A DNA stretch of 64,000 nt, taken from contig CAWJWP010000015.1 of assembly GCA_963846495.1 (NCBI GenBank), positions 34,959-98,958 of the forward strand, in the 5' to 3' direction. The notes under the pieces were generated by a model. The model did not search any database. It was not told the DNA's origin and saw nothing but the letters and a program-made list of their open reading frames with translations. Below are positions 1 to 9,677 of the stretch, in pieces. Every line of letters begins with the position of its first letter. Position 1 is the stretch's first letter. The DNA is from Thermoanaerobaculia bacterium. Lineage in GTDB: Bacteria > Acidobacteriota > Thermoanaerobaculia > Multivoradales > JAIOJS01. The translations under genes and the position numbers were made by a program.

Positions 1-436
1 CAGCGGCACGTGGCCGAGCCGCTCGAGGTGCGGCTCGACCGGGGCGCTGAACAGCAGTCGGAATCGGCCGTCCTCGCCGCGCGCCGCCACCTCGGCGACG
101 AGCTCCTCGTCGAGCTCGATGCGGGTGCCGGGCGGCGCGCGTCGTCCCGGCTTGAGCAACGCGTCCCACTCGCGCTCGCCGATGCGCTCGGCGAGCAGCA
201 GCTCGACGCGGCCTCCGCCCGGCAGCCGCCGGCCGAAGAGCCGCGCCGGCAGCACGCGCGTGTCGTTGACGACCAAGCAGATCGCCGGGGCGTAGCAGCG
301 ACGGCAGATCGCGCACGCGGCGGTGGCGCGCCGCGCCGACCTCGTCGAGCACGAGCAGCCGGCTCTCGCCGCGCGGCGCCGGGCGCTGCGCGATCGCCTC
401 GTCGGGAAGCTCGAAGTCGAAGTCGCGAACAAGCAT
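1..436 (-). CDS. queA: S-adenosylmethionine:tRNA ribosyltransferase-isomerase QueA, N-terminal part (gene continues past the left edge of the window)
   Basis: Minus-strand translation from the ATG at 436..434 reads [31 protein letters not shown]...[27 protein letters not shown], which is the canonical QueA N-terminus. It is absent from the ORF track because the ORF runs off the window. Confidence 0.8.
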   Translation of the reverse strand, partial: MLVRDFDFELPDEAIAQRPAPRGESRLLVLDEVGAARHRRVRDLPSLLRPGDLLGRQRHARAAGAALRPAAAGRRPRRAAARRAHRRARVGRVAQAGTTRAARHPHRARRGARRRGGGARRGRPIPTAVQRPGRAAPRAARPRAA

Positions 437-610
437 CGGAGCCCCACGATAGAATGCGCGCCGCTCGAGCACCTCCTGCCGCCGCGCATTGCGCCGAGGC
501 GGCATCCACGAAACAGCAGCGACGGCCGCGCTCCGGGTCTACGCCGGCCGGCAGTCTCGCGCCGGCAGCTCCGCCGGCTTCCGCTGCAACGACGACATCT
601 GCGAGGCAGT

Positions 611-1585
611 ATGGAGATCCACGAAAACATCCTCGAGACCTTGGGCAACACGCCGCTGGTGAAGCTCGGCCGCTTTCACCCCGGCCCGGGAGTCCTCGCC
701 GCCAAGGTCGAGTCGTTCAACCCCGGCAGCTCGGTCAAGGACCGCATCGCCGTCGGCATGATCGAGGCCGGCGAGCGCGAAGGGAAGCTGAAGCCCGGCG
801 GCACGGTCGTCGAGCCCACCTCGGGCAACACGGGAGTCGGCCTGGCGCTCGTCTGCATCCTGCGCGGCTACAAGCTCGTCTGCACCGCCGCCGAGAAGAT
901 CCCCAACGAGAAGGTGGCGCTGCTCGAGGCGCTCGGCGCGAAGGTCATCCGCTGCCCCACCAACGTGGCGGCCGACGACCCGCGCTCGTACTACAAGGTC
1001 GCCGAGCGCATCCGCGACGAGGAGGGCGCCTACCTCCCGTACCAGTACTACAACCAGGCCAACCCCGAGGCGCACTACCTGGCGACGGGCCCGGAGGTGT
1101 GGCGGCAGACCGACGGCAAGGTCACCCACTGGGTGGTCGGCATCGGCACCGGCGGCACCATCAGCGGCGCCGGCAAGTACCTCAAGGAGCAGAACCCCGA
1201 CGTCAAGGTGGTGGCCGTCGACACCTTCGGCAGCATCTACAAGTACCTGTTCGAGCACGGCGAGATGCCGCCCGACGACCAGATCCACCAGTACCTCATC
1301 GACGGCATCGGCGAGGACTTCCTACCCTCGACGGCGTGGCTCGACTACGTCGACGAGGTGATCCCCTGCGACGACAAGACCGCTTATAAGGCGACGATGG
1401 AGGTCGCGCGCAAGGAGGGCATCTTCGGCGGCTCCTCGTCGGGCGCCGCGGCGGCGGTGGCGCGGCAGGTGGCGGAGCGCGAGGGTGAAGGGGCGCTCGT
1501 GGTGACGTTGTTCCCGGATTCGGGCGAGCGCTACCTGTCGAAGCTCAACGAGCGGTGGATGCGCGAGAAGGGGTTGCTCGACTGA
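611..1585 (+). CDS. Cysteine synthase / cystathionine beta-synthase family PLP-dependent enzyme (324 aa)
   Basis: Translation from the ATG at 611 (MEIHENILETLGNTPLVKL...SFNPGSSVKDRIAVGMIE...GNTGVGLA) carries the CysK/CysM/CBS PLP fold with SVKDR and GNTG motifs. The upstream in-frame part of ORF 323..1585 is not protein-like. Confidence 0.85.
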   Translation: MEIHENILETLGNTPLVKLGRFHPGPGVLAAKVESFNPGSSVKDRIAVGMIEAGEREGKLKPGGTVVEPTSGNTGVGLALVCILRGYKLVCTAAEKIPNEKVALLEALGAKVIRCPTNVAADDPRSYYKVAERIRDEEGAYLPYQYYNQANPEAHYLATGPEVWRQTDGKVTHWVVGIGTGGTISGAGKYLKEQNPDVKVVAVDTFGSIYKYLFEHGEMPPDDQIHQYLIDGIGEDFLPSTAWLDYVDEVIPCDDKTAYKATMEVARKEGIFGGSSSGAAAAVARQVAEREGEGALVVTLFPDSGERYLSKLNERWMREKGLLD

Positions 1586-1807
1586 TCGGTGCTCCATCCG
1601 ATGAAGGAAGTTGCTGTCGTTGCGAGGAGCGAAGCGACGAAGCAACCTCGATCCCGCACGCGCAGCAGACGCGTTCCAGATCGAGATCGCCACGGGCGCT
1701 TCGCGCCCTCGCGATGACGAGGACCTCTCCACGGTAGCGAACGATCGCCAGGTTCGACCGTCGCGTGTCGCTCGTGAGAGAGTCGTCGCGATGACGAGCT
1801 CGCGGCG

Positions 1808-2314
1808 ATGACCGACAGCGTTCCCTCCGAGTCCTTCCGCGACGCGCTGCGCCACTTTCCGGCGGGCGTCACTGTCGTGACAGTGAAGGCGGGCGAGCAA
1901 GTGCACGGTCTCACCGTGTCGGCCTTCTGCTCGGTCTCACCCGACCCGCCGCTCATCGCGGTGGTCATCGACCAGCGACACACCGCCTATCCGCTGCTGC
2001 AGCAGGAAGGCGCGGTCTTCGCCGTCAACATCCTCCGCGAGGACCAGGTCGAGCTCTCCAACCGCTTCGCCTGGTTGAAGGACGAAGACCGCTTCCTCGC
2101 CGGCGACTGGAAGACCGCCGCGACCGGCGCGCCGGTGCTCGCCGACGCCCTCGCCTGGATCGACTGCAAGGTACGCGAGCGCTACCCGGCCGGTACGCAC
2201 GCGGTCTACATCGGCGAGGTGGTGGCGAGCGCGGTGCCGCGGCCCGACGAGCCGCCGCTCATCTACTGGAACCGCGGCTACCGGCGGCTGTCGCTGCACG
2301 AACCCGAGCCCTGA
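1808..2314 (+). CDS. Flavin reductase-like FMN-binding protein (HpaC/NADH:FMN oxidoreductase family)
   Basis: The 168-aa product contains HGLTVSAFCSVSPDPPLIAVVID and IDCKV motifs typical of the flavin reductase domain. Confidence 0.75.
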   Translation: MTDSVPSESFRDALRHFPAGVTVVTVKAGEQVHGLTVSAFCSVSPDPPLIAVVIDQRHTAYPLLQQEGAVFAVNILREDQVELSNRFAWLKDEDRFLAGDWKTAATGAPVLADALAWIDCKVRERYPAGTHAVYIGEVVASAVPRPDEPPLIYWNRGYRRLSLHEPEP

Positions 2315-2373
2315 GACCGGGCCGCGGCGACATCGCGGGCGCTCTGAACGTCGTCGCCCGCGCCGACACCTGG

Positions 2374-3427
2374 TTACGTGGAGCGCTGCCCGCGCGGCTC
2401 GAGCGCCGCCTGGAGCCCCTCGGCAAGGAGCGCCGTGGCGAGCACGGCGATCGCGATGGCGAGGCCCGGGAAGGCCGCCGTCCACCAGGCGCCGGGGAGC
2501 GACGCCTGCGCTTCGGCGAGGAGGCTGCCCCAGCTCGCCTGCGGCGGCTGCACGCCGAAGCCGAGCCAGGAGAGCGCCGCTTCGGCGAGCAGCGCGTCGC
2601 CCAGCCGCAGCGCGGCGGTGACGAGCACCGGCGCGAGCGCCAGCGGCAGTAGATGGCGGAGGAGCAGCCGCGGCGGCGGCACGCCCGCGGCGCGTGCGGC
2701 GAGCACGAAGTCCTCGCCGCGCAACCGGCGCAGCTCGGCACGCACGAGGCGGGCGACCTCCATCCAACCCGTGAGCGCGAGCGCGGCCACGACGAGCGCT
2801 TCGCCGGCGCCGGCGAGCGCTGCCAACGCCAGCACGAGGAAGAGGCGCGGGAAGGCGAGCAGCGCGTCGACGCCGCGCGAGAGCACGGCGTCGAGCCAGC
2901 GCGGGCCGAGCCCCGCCGCCGCGCCCACGGCGACGCCGAGGACGAGCGCCAGCGCGACGGCGAGCAGCCCCACGCGCAGCGACACGCGGGCGCCGAGCAA
3001 GCAGCCGCGAGGCGAGGTCGCGACCGTAGCGGTCGGTGCCGAGCGGGAAGGCGACCGGCCGCACCGCGACGACCTCGGTTGCGGGCATGACCTGCCAGGC
3101 GCCGAGCCGCTTCCACGCCAGCTTGCCCGGGCCGGCCGGCCGCACCGCTTCCGCCAGCGCGTCGCGGCCGTCGGCGAGCTCGACCGCGAGCCGCGCGGTG
3201 CCCGGGGGCAGCAGCCGCCCCGCCGCCGGGTCCCACACGCGCGCCGGATCGTGCGGCGCGAGCCACGGCGCGAACAGCGCCGCCAGCGCGAGGAGCGCGA
3301 TCAGCGCGGCGCCGATGACCAAGGCTGGCCGCTCGCGCCGGCCGGCGATGCCGGCGGCCGCTACGGACGGCTCGTCCTGTAGGGCGGCCTCCGCGGCCGC
3401 CGTCCCGCGAATCGATGGCTCAGCCAA
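2374..3427 (-). CDS. dppC: ABC transporter permease, DppC/OppC family; as assembled it carries a 1-nt frameshift near 2996-3001
   Basis: The C-terminal 208 aa (ORF 2374..3000) are a typical DppC permease core. By hand translation of the third minus-strand frame, 3416..2999 gives the missing N-terminus (RPALVIGAALIALLALAALFAPWLAPHDPARVWDPAAGRLLPPG...PLGTDRYGRDLASRLL). Joining the two frames requires skipping one base at about 2998. The start (TTG at about 3427) is uncertain. Confidence 0.6.
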
Positions 3428-4403
3428 GCGCGCCCTCCAGCACTCCCTCGCGCACGCGGGGGTCCGCCGCTGCGGTGGCGAGATCGGCGAGCAAGCTGCC
3501 CAGCACCACCAGCGCGCCGCTCCACGCGGTGCAGGCGAGCACCAGCGGCAAATCGCGGGTCTGCACGGCGAGGTACGTAACGCGGCCGAGGCCCGGCCAG
3601 GAGAAGACGACCTCCACCACCAGCGCTCCGCCGAGGAGCGCCGGCAGCGACAGGCCGAGCAGCTGCAGCAGCGGCGCCGCGGCGCGCCGCAACCCGTGCA
3701 CCCACACGACGCGCCCCTCCGACAGCCCGCGCGCGCGCGCCGCCCGCAGCGGCTCGTCGGGAAGCGCCGCGAGCATGCTGCCGCGCACGAGCCGCAGCAG
3801 CGCGCCGGCGCCGGAGAGGCCGAGCACCAGCGCCGGCAACGCCAAGTGGCGGAGCAGCTCGCCGGTCCCACCAGTGCCGTCGGCCGCGCCCGTGTGGCCG
3901 GCCGGGAAGACCGGCCAGCGGTAGGCGAAGAGGAGCAGCGCCATCAGCCCCAGCCAGAACGTCGGCAGCGCATAGAGGAGCAGCGAGCCCACGCGCAGCA
4001 GGTGATCGGCGGCCCCGCCGCGCCGCCGCGCCGCCAGCACGCCGAGCGGCAGCGCCACCAACACCTCGACGAAGAGCGCCGCGCCGCCGAGCAGCAGCGT
4101 GTACGGCATCGCCGAAGCGAGCACTGCCGTCGCCGCGCGGTGATGCACGATCGAGGTGCCCCAGTCGCCCTGCGCCGCGCGCACGATCCAGCGACCGTAC
4201 TGCTCGAGCAGCGGGCGGTCGAGCCCCCACAGCTTCATCAGCTGCGCTCGCGCCGACGGCGGCACCCGCGCGTCGAGCAGCAGCTCGGTGGGATCGCCGG
4301 GCAGCGCGTGCATGACGACGAAGGTCGCCGAGACGACGAGCAGCAGCATCAGCAGCGCGCCGGCGGCGCGCCGCAGCAGCCAGCCGGAGATACCGCTCGT
4401 CAT
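3420..4403 (-). CDS. dppB: ABC transporter permease, DppB/OppB family
   Basis: ORF 3420..4499, with the start most likely at the internal M (MTSGISGWLLRRAAGALLMLLLVV...). It has the binding-protein-dependent transport system inner-membrane signature and a conserved C-terminus. Confidence 0.8.
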   Translation of the reverse strand: MTSGISGWLLRRAAGALLMLLLVVSATFVVMHALPGDPTELLLDARVPPSARAQLMKLWGLDRPLLEQYGRWIVRAAQGDWGTSIVHHRAATAVLASAMPYTLLLGGAALFVEVLVALPLGVLAARRRGGAADHLLRVGSLLLYALPTFWLGLMALLLFAYRWPVFPAGHTGAADGTGGTGELLRHLALPALVLGLSGAGALLRLVRGSMLAALPDEPLRAARARGLSEGRVVWVHGLRRAAAPLLQLLGLSLPALLGGALVVEVVFSWPGLGRVTYLAVQTRDLPLVLACTAWSGALVVLGSLLADLATAAADPRVREGVLEGALG

Positions 4404-4533
4404 GGCGAAGAGGCTGCGCTGCCGCAGCGACGCGGCGGCGCGGACGACCAGCGAGCGAGCGACGCGCGCGTCATGGCACCACCAACGCGGCGACGGCATC
4501 GCGCGCGCGACTGCAGGGCGAACGACGCGCGCG

Positions 4534-6158
4534 TCATCGTGCCTCCGCCGCGAACGACCAGTCGGCGAGGCCGGTGAAGGTCGACAGCGCGCTCGGCGTC
4601 GCGCGCAGCCGCGCGTCCATGCCGATCAGCCGCGGCGGCTCCCAGAGAAACGTGTACGGCTGGTCCTCGTGCAGCACGTGCTGCAGACGCGCGAGCTGCG
4701 CCTTCGCCGCGGCGCGATCCGGTTGCCGGTCGATCTCGTCGAGCAGGCGATCGACCTCGGCGTTCTTGTAACCGCCCCAGTTGGTGCCGTCGGGGTCGCG
4801 CGAGTCGAAGCCGTAGCGCAGGTCGAGGCCGGTGTCCATGGCCCAGCCGGTCAGCGTGCCGTCGAAGTCGTGGGCGGCGACCTTGGCGCGCCACGCCGAC
4901 GGCTCGCGAAACACCGGCTCGACGCGCACGCCGGCACGGCGCAGCTGGTCCTGGATGAGCACCACGGCGTCGCGCCGCAGGTTGCTGCCGACGGTCGTCG
5001 ACAGCTCGATGGCGAGCGGCATGCCGCCGCGCTCGAGCACGCCGTCGCCGTTGGCGTCGCGGAAGCCGCGCGACTCCAGCAGCCGCCGCGCCTCGGCCGG
5101 ATCGTAGGGCCACGGACGGAGGTCGGGCGGGTGCGCCCACACCGTGGTGAGGACCGGCGAGTCGGCGACTCGCGCGCGGCCGCGATAGAGCGCCTCGACG
5201 AGCCCCGGCCGGTCGATCGCCAGCGTCAGCGCGCGCCGCACCAGCGGATCGTCGAGCGGCGGCTTCTTGGTGTTCCACACGATGGCCGAGTACTGGCGCT
5301 GCCACACCGCCTCGAGCTTGCGGCCGGCGTGCCTTCGCCACCTCGTCGGCGCGGTCAGGCGGGATCGCCTCGACGAGATGAGCGGCGCCGCTCGAGCAGC
5401 TCCTGCAAGCGCGCCGTGTCGTCGGGCACGATGCGGAAGACGACGCGCTCGAGCCGCGGCTTGCCGGCCTCGAAGTAGCGCGGGTTCTTCCGCAGCACCA
5501 CCTCCTCCTGCGGCTTCCAGCGCTCGAGCGTGAACGGGCCGGCGACGACCAGGTGCTCGCGGAACCAATCGCCGCTCTCAGGCCACTTGGCGAAGGGCAG
5601 CTGCTTCCAGGCGTGCGCCGGCAGGATGAAGCCCTCGTTGGCGTCGAGCAGCTGGGTGGGGTAGGCGTGGTCGAAGCGGAAGCGGACGGTGTGCGGGGCG
5701 ACCACCTCGACCTCGCGGATCGACTCCTTGAGGTACGAATTCGGCCAGCCCACTTCTTCGCTCGTCTGCGCCTGCCAGGTGAAGCGCACGTCTTCGGCGG
5801 TGACCGGCACGCCGTCGCTCCACTGCACGTCGTCCCGCAGGTGGAAGGTGAGGGCGAGCCGGTCGGGCGAGAAGTCCCACGAGCGCGCCAGCTGCGGCGC
5901 GAAGGTCGGCGGGTGCTCCTGGAAATCCGGTTGCTCCGCGAGGAGCCGCAGGAACATCGCCGACAGCACGTCCTGGTCGAGCTGCCGCGTCGCGGAGGCG
6001 ACGAGCTCGTTGACGCCCGAGATGTCGACGCCGCTGGCGACGACGAGGGTCGTCGGCGCGGGAGCGGCGGTCGGCGCCGGCTTCGCCGCCTCGCGCTCGC
6101 GACAGCCGGCGAGCGGCGCGAGCAGCACGAGCGCGAGCAGAACCGTCAGCCGCTTCAT
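4534..6158 (-). CDS. ABC transporter substrate-binding lipoprotein, family 5 (DppA/OppA-like); split by apparently two frameshifts at about 5330-5400
   Basis: N-terminal part from ORF 5355..6599 starting at MKRLTVLLALVLLAPLAGC (lipoprotein signal). C-terminal part from ORF 4534..5568 (YSAIVWNTKKPPLDDPLVRRALTLAIDR...). By hand translation the middle segment SGAAHLVEAIPPDRADEVAKAR is in the third frame. The summed length of about 541 aa fits the family. Confidence 0.6.
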
Positions 6159-6274
6159 CGGTGCGGGGATGGTAACGCAGCATCGCCCGGCGCTTGCCGA
6201 AAAGACAAGGGCGGGGAGACCCCCGCCCTTGCGTCGATCGATCCGTCGAGCGGCCCGCGCCGCTCGTGCCGCGC

Positions 6275-6733
6275 TCAGCTGATGGAGATGCGCCGCGGCT
6301 TCGACTCTTCCTGCTTCGGCAGCTGCATCGTCAGCACGCCGTCCTTGAAGGTCGCCTCGACCTTGTCGGTGCGCACCGTCGGGCCGAGGGTGAACGAGCG
6401 GGTGAAGGCGCCGTACTGCCGCTCGAGACGGTGGTAGCTCTCGTTGGCCTTCTCGTCGGCCTCGAACTTCCGCTCGCCGGCGATGGTGAGCACGTTGTTC
6501 TCGAGGGTGATGTGGACGTCCTCCTTGCCCAGGCCCGGCAGGTCCATGAGCAGGGTGAGGCCGTCGGCCCCCTCGCGGATGTCGACGCGGGGGATCCAAG
6601 TGCGGTTGGAGACGCCCTCGGGATCGCTGCCGAACGGGCGCAGCATGTCGTTGAAGGCGTCCTCGAACAGGCGGCCGAAGCGGTCGCGAACGACGTCTCC
6701 GGTCGGGGTCCAGCGGGCGATGGCGTGACGCAT
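6275..6733 (-). CDS. Hsp20/alpha-crystallin family small heat shock protein
   Basis: 152 aa with an alpha-crystallin domain (PRVDIREGADGLTLLMDLPGLGKEDVHITLENNVLTIAGERK...ATFKDGVLTMQLPK). Confidence 0.85.
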   Translation of the reverse strand: MRHAIARWTPTGDVVRDRFGRLFEDAFNDMLRPFGSDPEGVSNRTWIPRVDIREGADGLTLLMDLPGLGKEDVHITLENNVLTIAGERKFEADEKANESYHRLERQYGAFTRSFTLGPTVRTDKVEATFKDGVLTMQLPKQEESKPRRISIS

Positions 6734-6940
6734 GGCTTTATGCCTCCTTGTGGGCGGATGGGTGTGGCCTATTGGTCGAACCGCCGGTCCAGTGATCCCG
6801 GCGCAGTGACGACATTATAGGAATGCGCTCAGATTATGTCAAGCGATTCTTGATCTGAGTGTACTACGCTCAAATAATGGCAATCGGAATCGGCTGCTGC
6901 CGGGCCGGTGTTATCCTCAACGTCGCTCTGGATATCCCCG

Positions 6941-8352
6941 TGCGCAAGCCCTTGCTCTCCTCGCGTCGGCTGCTGGTCGGGTCGATCCTCGTCAGCCTCT
7001 TCGTCGTCTTCGACATCGGCCTCTTCGGCTGGCTGATCTTCCGCTCGCTCTCCCAGCGCGAGATCGAGCGCGTCCTGCTCGAGACCCGCACCGAGGCCGA
7101 GGGCCTCGCCAAGCAGCTCGCCGGCCGCGCCCGCGAGCAGGGGCAGGACCTCTACCTGGCGGTCGCCACCGAGCGCGAGACGCAGACCTACATCGACTCG
7201 GTGCTGCGGCAGCGCGACATGGTGCGCGACCTCGAGATCCGCGACCGCGAGGGGAAGCTCGTCTACCAGATGCACACCCGCGAGACGCTGCCGCTCGGCG
7301 GCGGCGCCGCACCCACCGTGGGCTCGCCGGAGATGGCGCCGCACTACGAAGAGAAGGTCAGCGAGCGCAAGCAGACCTACGACGTCTACGACCTCACGGT
7401 GCCCATCGCCGACCTCGGCCAGATCCGCGTCGGCGTCAGCCGCGAGGAGCTCGGGCGGCGCGTCGAGACGCTGCGCAAGGAGCTCCTCCGCCAGGCTTCG
7501 TTCGTCGGGTTGGTGACGCTGTTGCTGATCGTCACCGCCTACGCCGCGGTCTTCCAGCTGATACGCCGCTCGCGCGCGCTCGAGCTGCAGGCCGCCGAGG
7601 CCGAGCGCATGGCGACGATCGGCACCCTCGCCGCCGGCCTGGCGCACGAGATCCGCAACCCACTCAACTCGCTGTCGCTCAACATGCAGATGCTCGAAGA
7701 AGACCTCGCCGGCGACCCGCGGCTGGGGACGCGGCGCGTGCTCGCCATCACCCGCGGCGAGATCGGACGGCTCGAGCGGCTGGTGACCGACTTCCTCGCT
7801 TACGCGCGGCCGCGGCCGCTCGAGCGTCGCCGCGTGCCGGCGGCGTCGCTGCTCGAGCACGCCCGCGACCTGCTCGCCGGGCAGGCGGCGGCGGCGCGCG
7901 TGCAGCTGCGGGTGGACGACCAGGCGCCGGGAGCCTGGCTCGAGGTCGACCCGCAGCAGCTCTCGCAGCTGCTCCTCAACCTCACGCAGAACGCCTTCTT
8001 CGCTTGCGAGGAGCGCGGCTTCGCCGGCAAGGTGGTGCTGCGCGCCCGCCGCGAAGCGGGGCAGGTGGCGCTCGAGGTCCAGGACGACGGCGTCGGCATC
8101 GCCGAGGCCGACCGCGAGAAGGTCTTCGAGGTCTTCTACTCGACGCGCAAGGGCGGCACCGGCCTCGGCCTCGCCATCGCCCGCCGCATCGCCGCCAGCC
8201 ACGGCGGCGAGATCGAGGTGGAGAGCACGGCGGGCGAGGGCACGACGATGCGGATCTGGCTGCCGGAGGCGGAGCCGGAAGTCGTGGAGTCGCCGGCGTC
8301 CGAGCCGGTCAGAGCCGCGCTGCCGGCCAGCGGCCAGCCGCTCGCCTCGTAG
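6941..8352 (+). CDS. Sensor histidine kinase (one transmembrane segment, HisKA + HATPase_c); orphan, with no adjacent response regulator
   Basis: H-box AAGLAHEIRNPLNSL plus N, G1 and G2 boxes (NLTQNAFFA...DDGVGI...GGTGLGLAI). Start uncertain: the ATG at 6877 overlaps a predicted -10 element, so the GTG at 6941 (VRKPLL, just before the TM helix) is preferred. Confidence 0.75.
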
Positions 8353-8537
8353 GCTGCTCTCAACCCCCGGAGAGCGCCTCGAAGTCCTCTTCGGTGATGA
8401 ACTGCGTCCGCCTGGTCGTTGCCGCAGACGTGGCAGATCACCTCGCCGAGCTTGCCGTCCTCCCACTCGAAGTCGTAGCAGGGCGTCTCGCAGTCGAGGC
8501 AGATCAGGAACTCCGGGGCCGAGGACAAGCCGGCCAT
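8136..8537 (-). CDS. Small Cys-rich zinc-ribbon-like protein (CxxC...CxxC); the 3' end is probably mis-called
   Basis: The N-terminal 45 aa (MAGLSSAPEFLICLDCETPCYDFEWEDGKLGEVICHVCGN) look like a real 4-Cys zinc ribbon. The remaining 90 aa are low-complexity antisense of the kinase 3' end, so the true gene probably ends at about 8390 (possible indel). Confidence 0.3.
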   Translation of the reverse strand: MAGLSSAPEFLICLDCETPCYDFEWEDGKLGEVICHVCGNDQADAVHHRRGLRGALRGLRAAYEASGWPLAGSAALTGSDAGDSTTSGSASGSQIRIVVPSPAVLSTSISPPWLAAMRRAMARPRPVPPLRVE

Positions 8538-8570
8538 CGTGCACCTCCGCGACGGGTCGCAGCTTCGATT

Positions 8571-9476
8571 CTAGGCCCGCGCGGCCTTCGCCGCTTCGCC
8601 CAGCGCGGCGACCGGCTCCACCCGCTTCGCCGGCAGCTCGCGCTGCGCCTCCTCCATCGCCGCGACGAGACGCCGGGGCGCTTCCCAGTGCAGTCCGTGG
8701 CCGACGTCGCCGACGAGGTAGAAGGCGCCGTTGCGCGCGTGACGCGCGATCTGCCGGCCCACCGCCTCCGAGAAGACGCCGTCGTGCTCGCCCCAGATGA
8801 CGGCGACGGGTACCTGCAGCCGGGCGATGTCTTCGGGCCCGAAGAGATCGTGCTCGGCGAGATCCGCGAGGATGCCGGTCACCACCGGTGACTGGAAGAC
8901 ACGCCGAAACGTCGTGCGCGAGAGCTTGAAGAGCAGCGGCACGCGGTGGAAGAGCGCGCCGTAGAGTCGCTCGACGTCGGCGTCGTCGCGCACGGTGACC
9001 AACGCGCGGATCGCTTCCCAGTCCTGGTCGCGGTAGCCGCCGGCGTCGATGAGAATCAGCCGCGAGACGAGCGACGGCTCGGCGAGGGCGAGCCGCACCG
9101 CCATCCAGCCGCCGAGCGACAGCCCGACGACCGTCGCCGGCTCGCCCGCGAGCTCGCGCCGCAGCAGCTCGGCGACTACCTTGGCGCCCTCGGCGACGTC
9201 GAGCGCCGCCCGCGGCCCGCGCGTGCCCCCGATCCGCGACAGCTCCGGGATCAGCACTCGGCTGCCGGACGCTAGATGGCGCGCCACCGGCGACCAGGAG
9301 AGCGCGTTGCTGCCGAGGCCGTGGAGCAGCACCCAAGGTTCGCCAATACCAGGCTCGCCGCCGCGCCCCTTGCGGTAGAAGACGAGGCTCCATTCGCCCA
9401 GCGTTCGCCGCGTGCGCCGGAACCCGAGCAGCGTCAGCCACACGTGGGTGACGAGCGCGAGCAGCCTCATCAGCAT
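8571..9476 (-). CDS. Alpha/beta hydrolase fold protein
   Basis: GLSLGG nucleophile elbow, HGLGSN oxyanion region and a C-terminal His. Start taken at MLMRLLALV. Confidence 0.75.
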   Translation of the reverse strand: MLMRLLALVTHVWLTLLGFRRTRRTLGEWSLVFYRKGRGGEPGIGEPWVLLHGLGSNALSWSPVARHLASGSRVLIPELSRIGGTRGPRAALDVAEGAKVVAELLRRELAGEPATVVGLSLGGWMAVRLALAEPSLVSRLILIDAGGYRDQDWEAIRALVTVRDDADVERLYGALFHRVPLLFKLSRTTFRRVFQSPVVTGILADLAEHDLFGPEDIARLQVPVAVIWGEHDGVFSEAVGRQIARHARNGAFYLVGDVGHGLHWEAPRRLVAAMEEAQRELPAKRVEPVAALGEAAKAARA

Positions 9477-9589
9477 GGCGGCACCGTAACACCGCGCTGT
9501 CGGATGGTGCATGCGCCAGGCACGCGCCCGTCGCGTCACCACAAGCCATAGCGGTTAGTGCCGCCGGGACCCCCATTTAGATCGGTATC

Positions 9590-9618
9590 TTGCAAGTATT
9601 ACTTTAAGGATCTACCAT
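9590..9618 (+). promoter_or_regulatory. Putative sigma-70 promoter (TTGCAA-N17-TACCAT) in a locally AT-rich patch upstream of the 9678 gene
   Basis: TTGCAA at 9590-9595, a 17-nt spacer, TACCAT at 9613-9618, followed by a GGAGGGAGG RBS 8 nt before the ATG at 9678. This is the only AT-rich stretch in the neighbourhood. Confidence 0.4.
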
Positions 9619-9677
9619 CAAAGGCCCGATCTGACTCGCTGTTTCCTCAGCGGTCGACAACACGGAGGGAGGTCGCG

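Noticed and set aside
10-1389. 459-aa plus-strand ORF overlapping queA and the cysteine synthase gene
   Set aside because: Arg/Ala/Gly/Pro-rich, low-complexity translation typical of a wrong-frame read in high-GC DNA. Real genes with clear homology occupy both strands here.
1937-3871. 644-aa minus-strand ORF, with nested ORFs 2259..3266 (-) and 2378..3382 / 3036..4577 (+)
   Set aside because: Cys/Arg-rich junk translations. The region is fully explained by the flavin reductase and the dppC and dppB permeases in other frames.
6829-9576. 915-aa minus-strand ORF spanning the histidine kinase and hydrolase loci
   Set aside because: Antisense of the kinase, with Arg/Ala/Gly-rich composition and no domain signatures. 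The alpha/beta hydrolase is a separate, shorter ORF in another frame.
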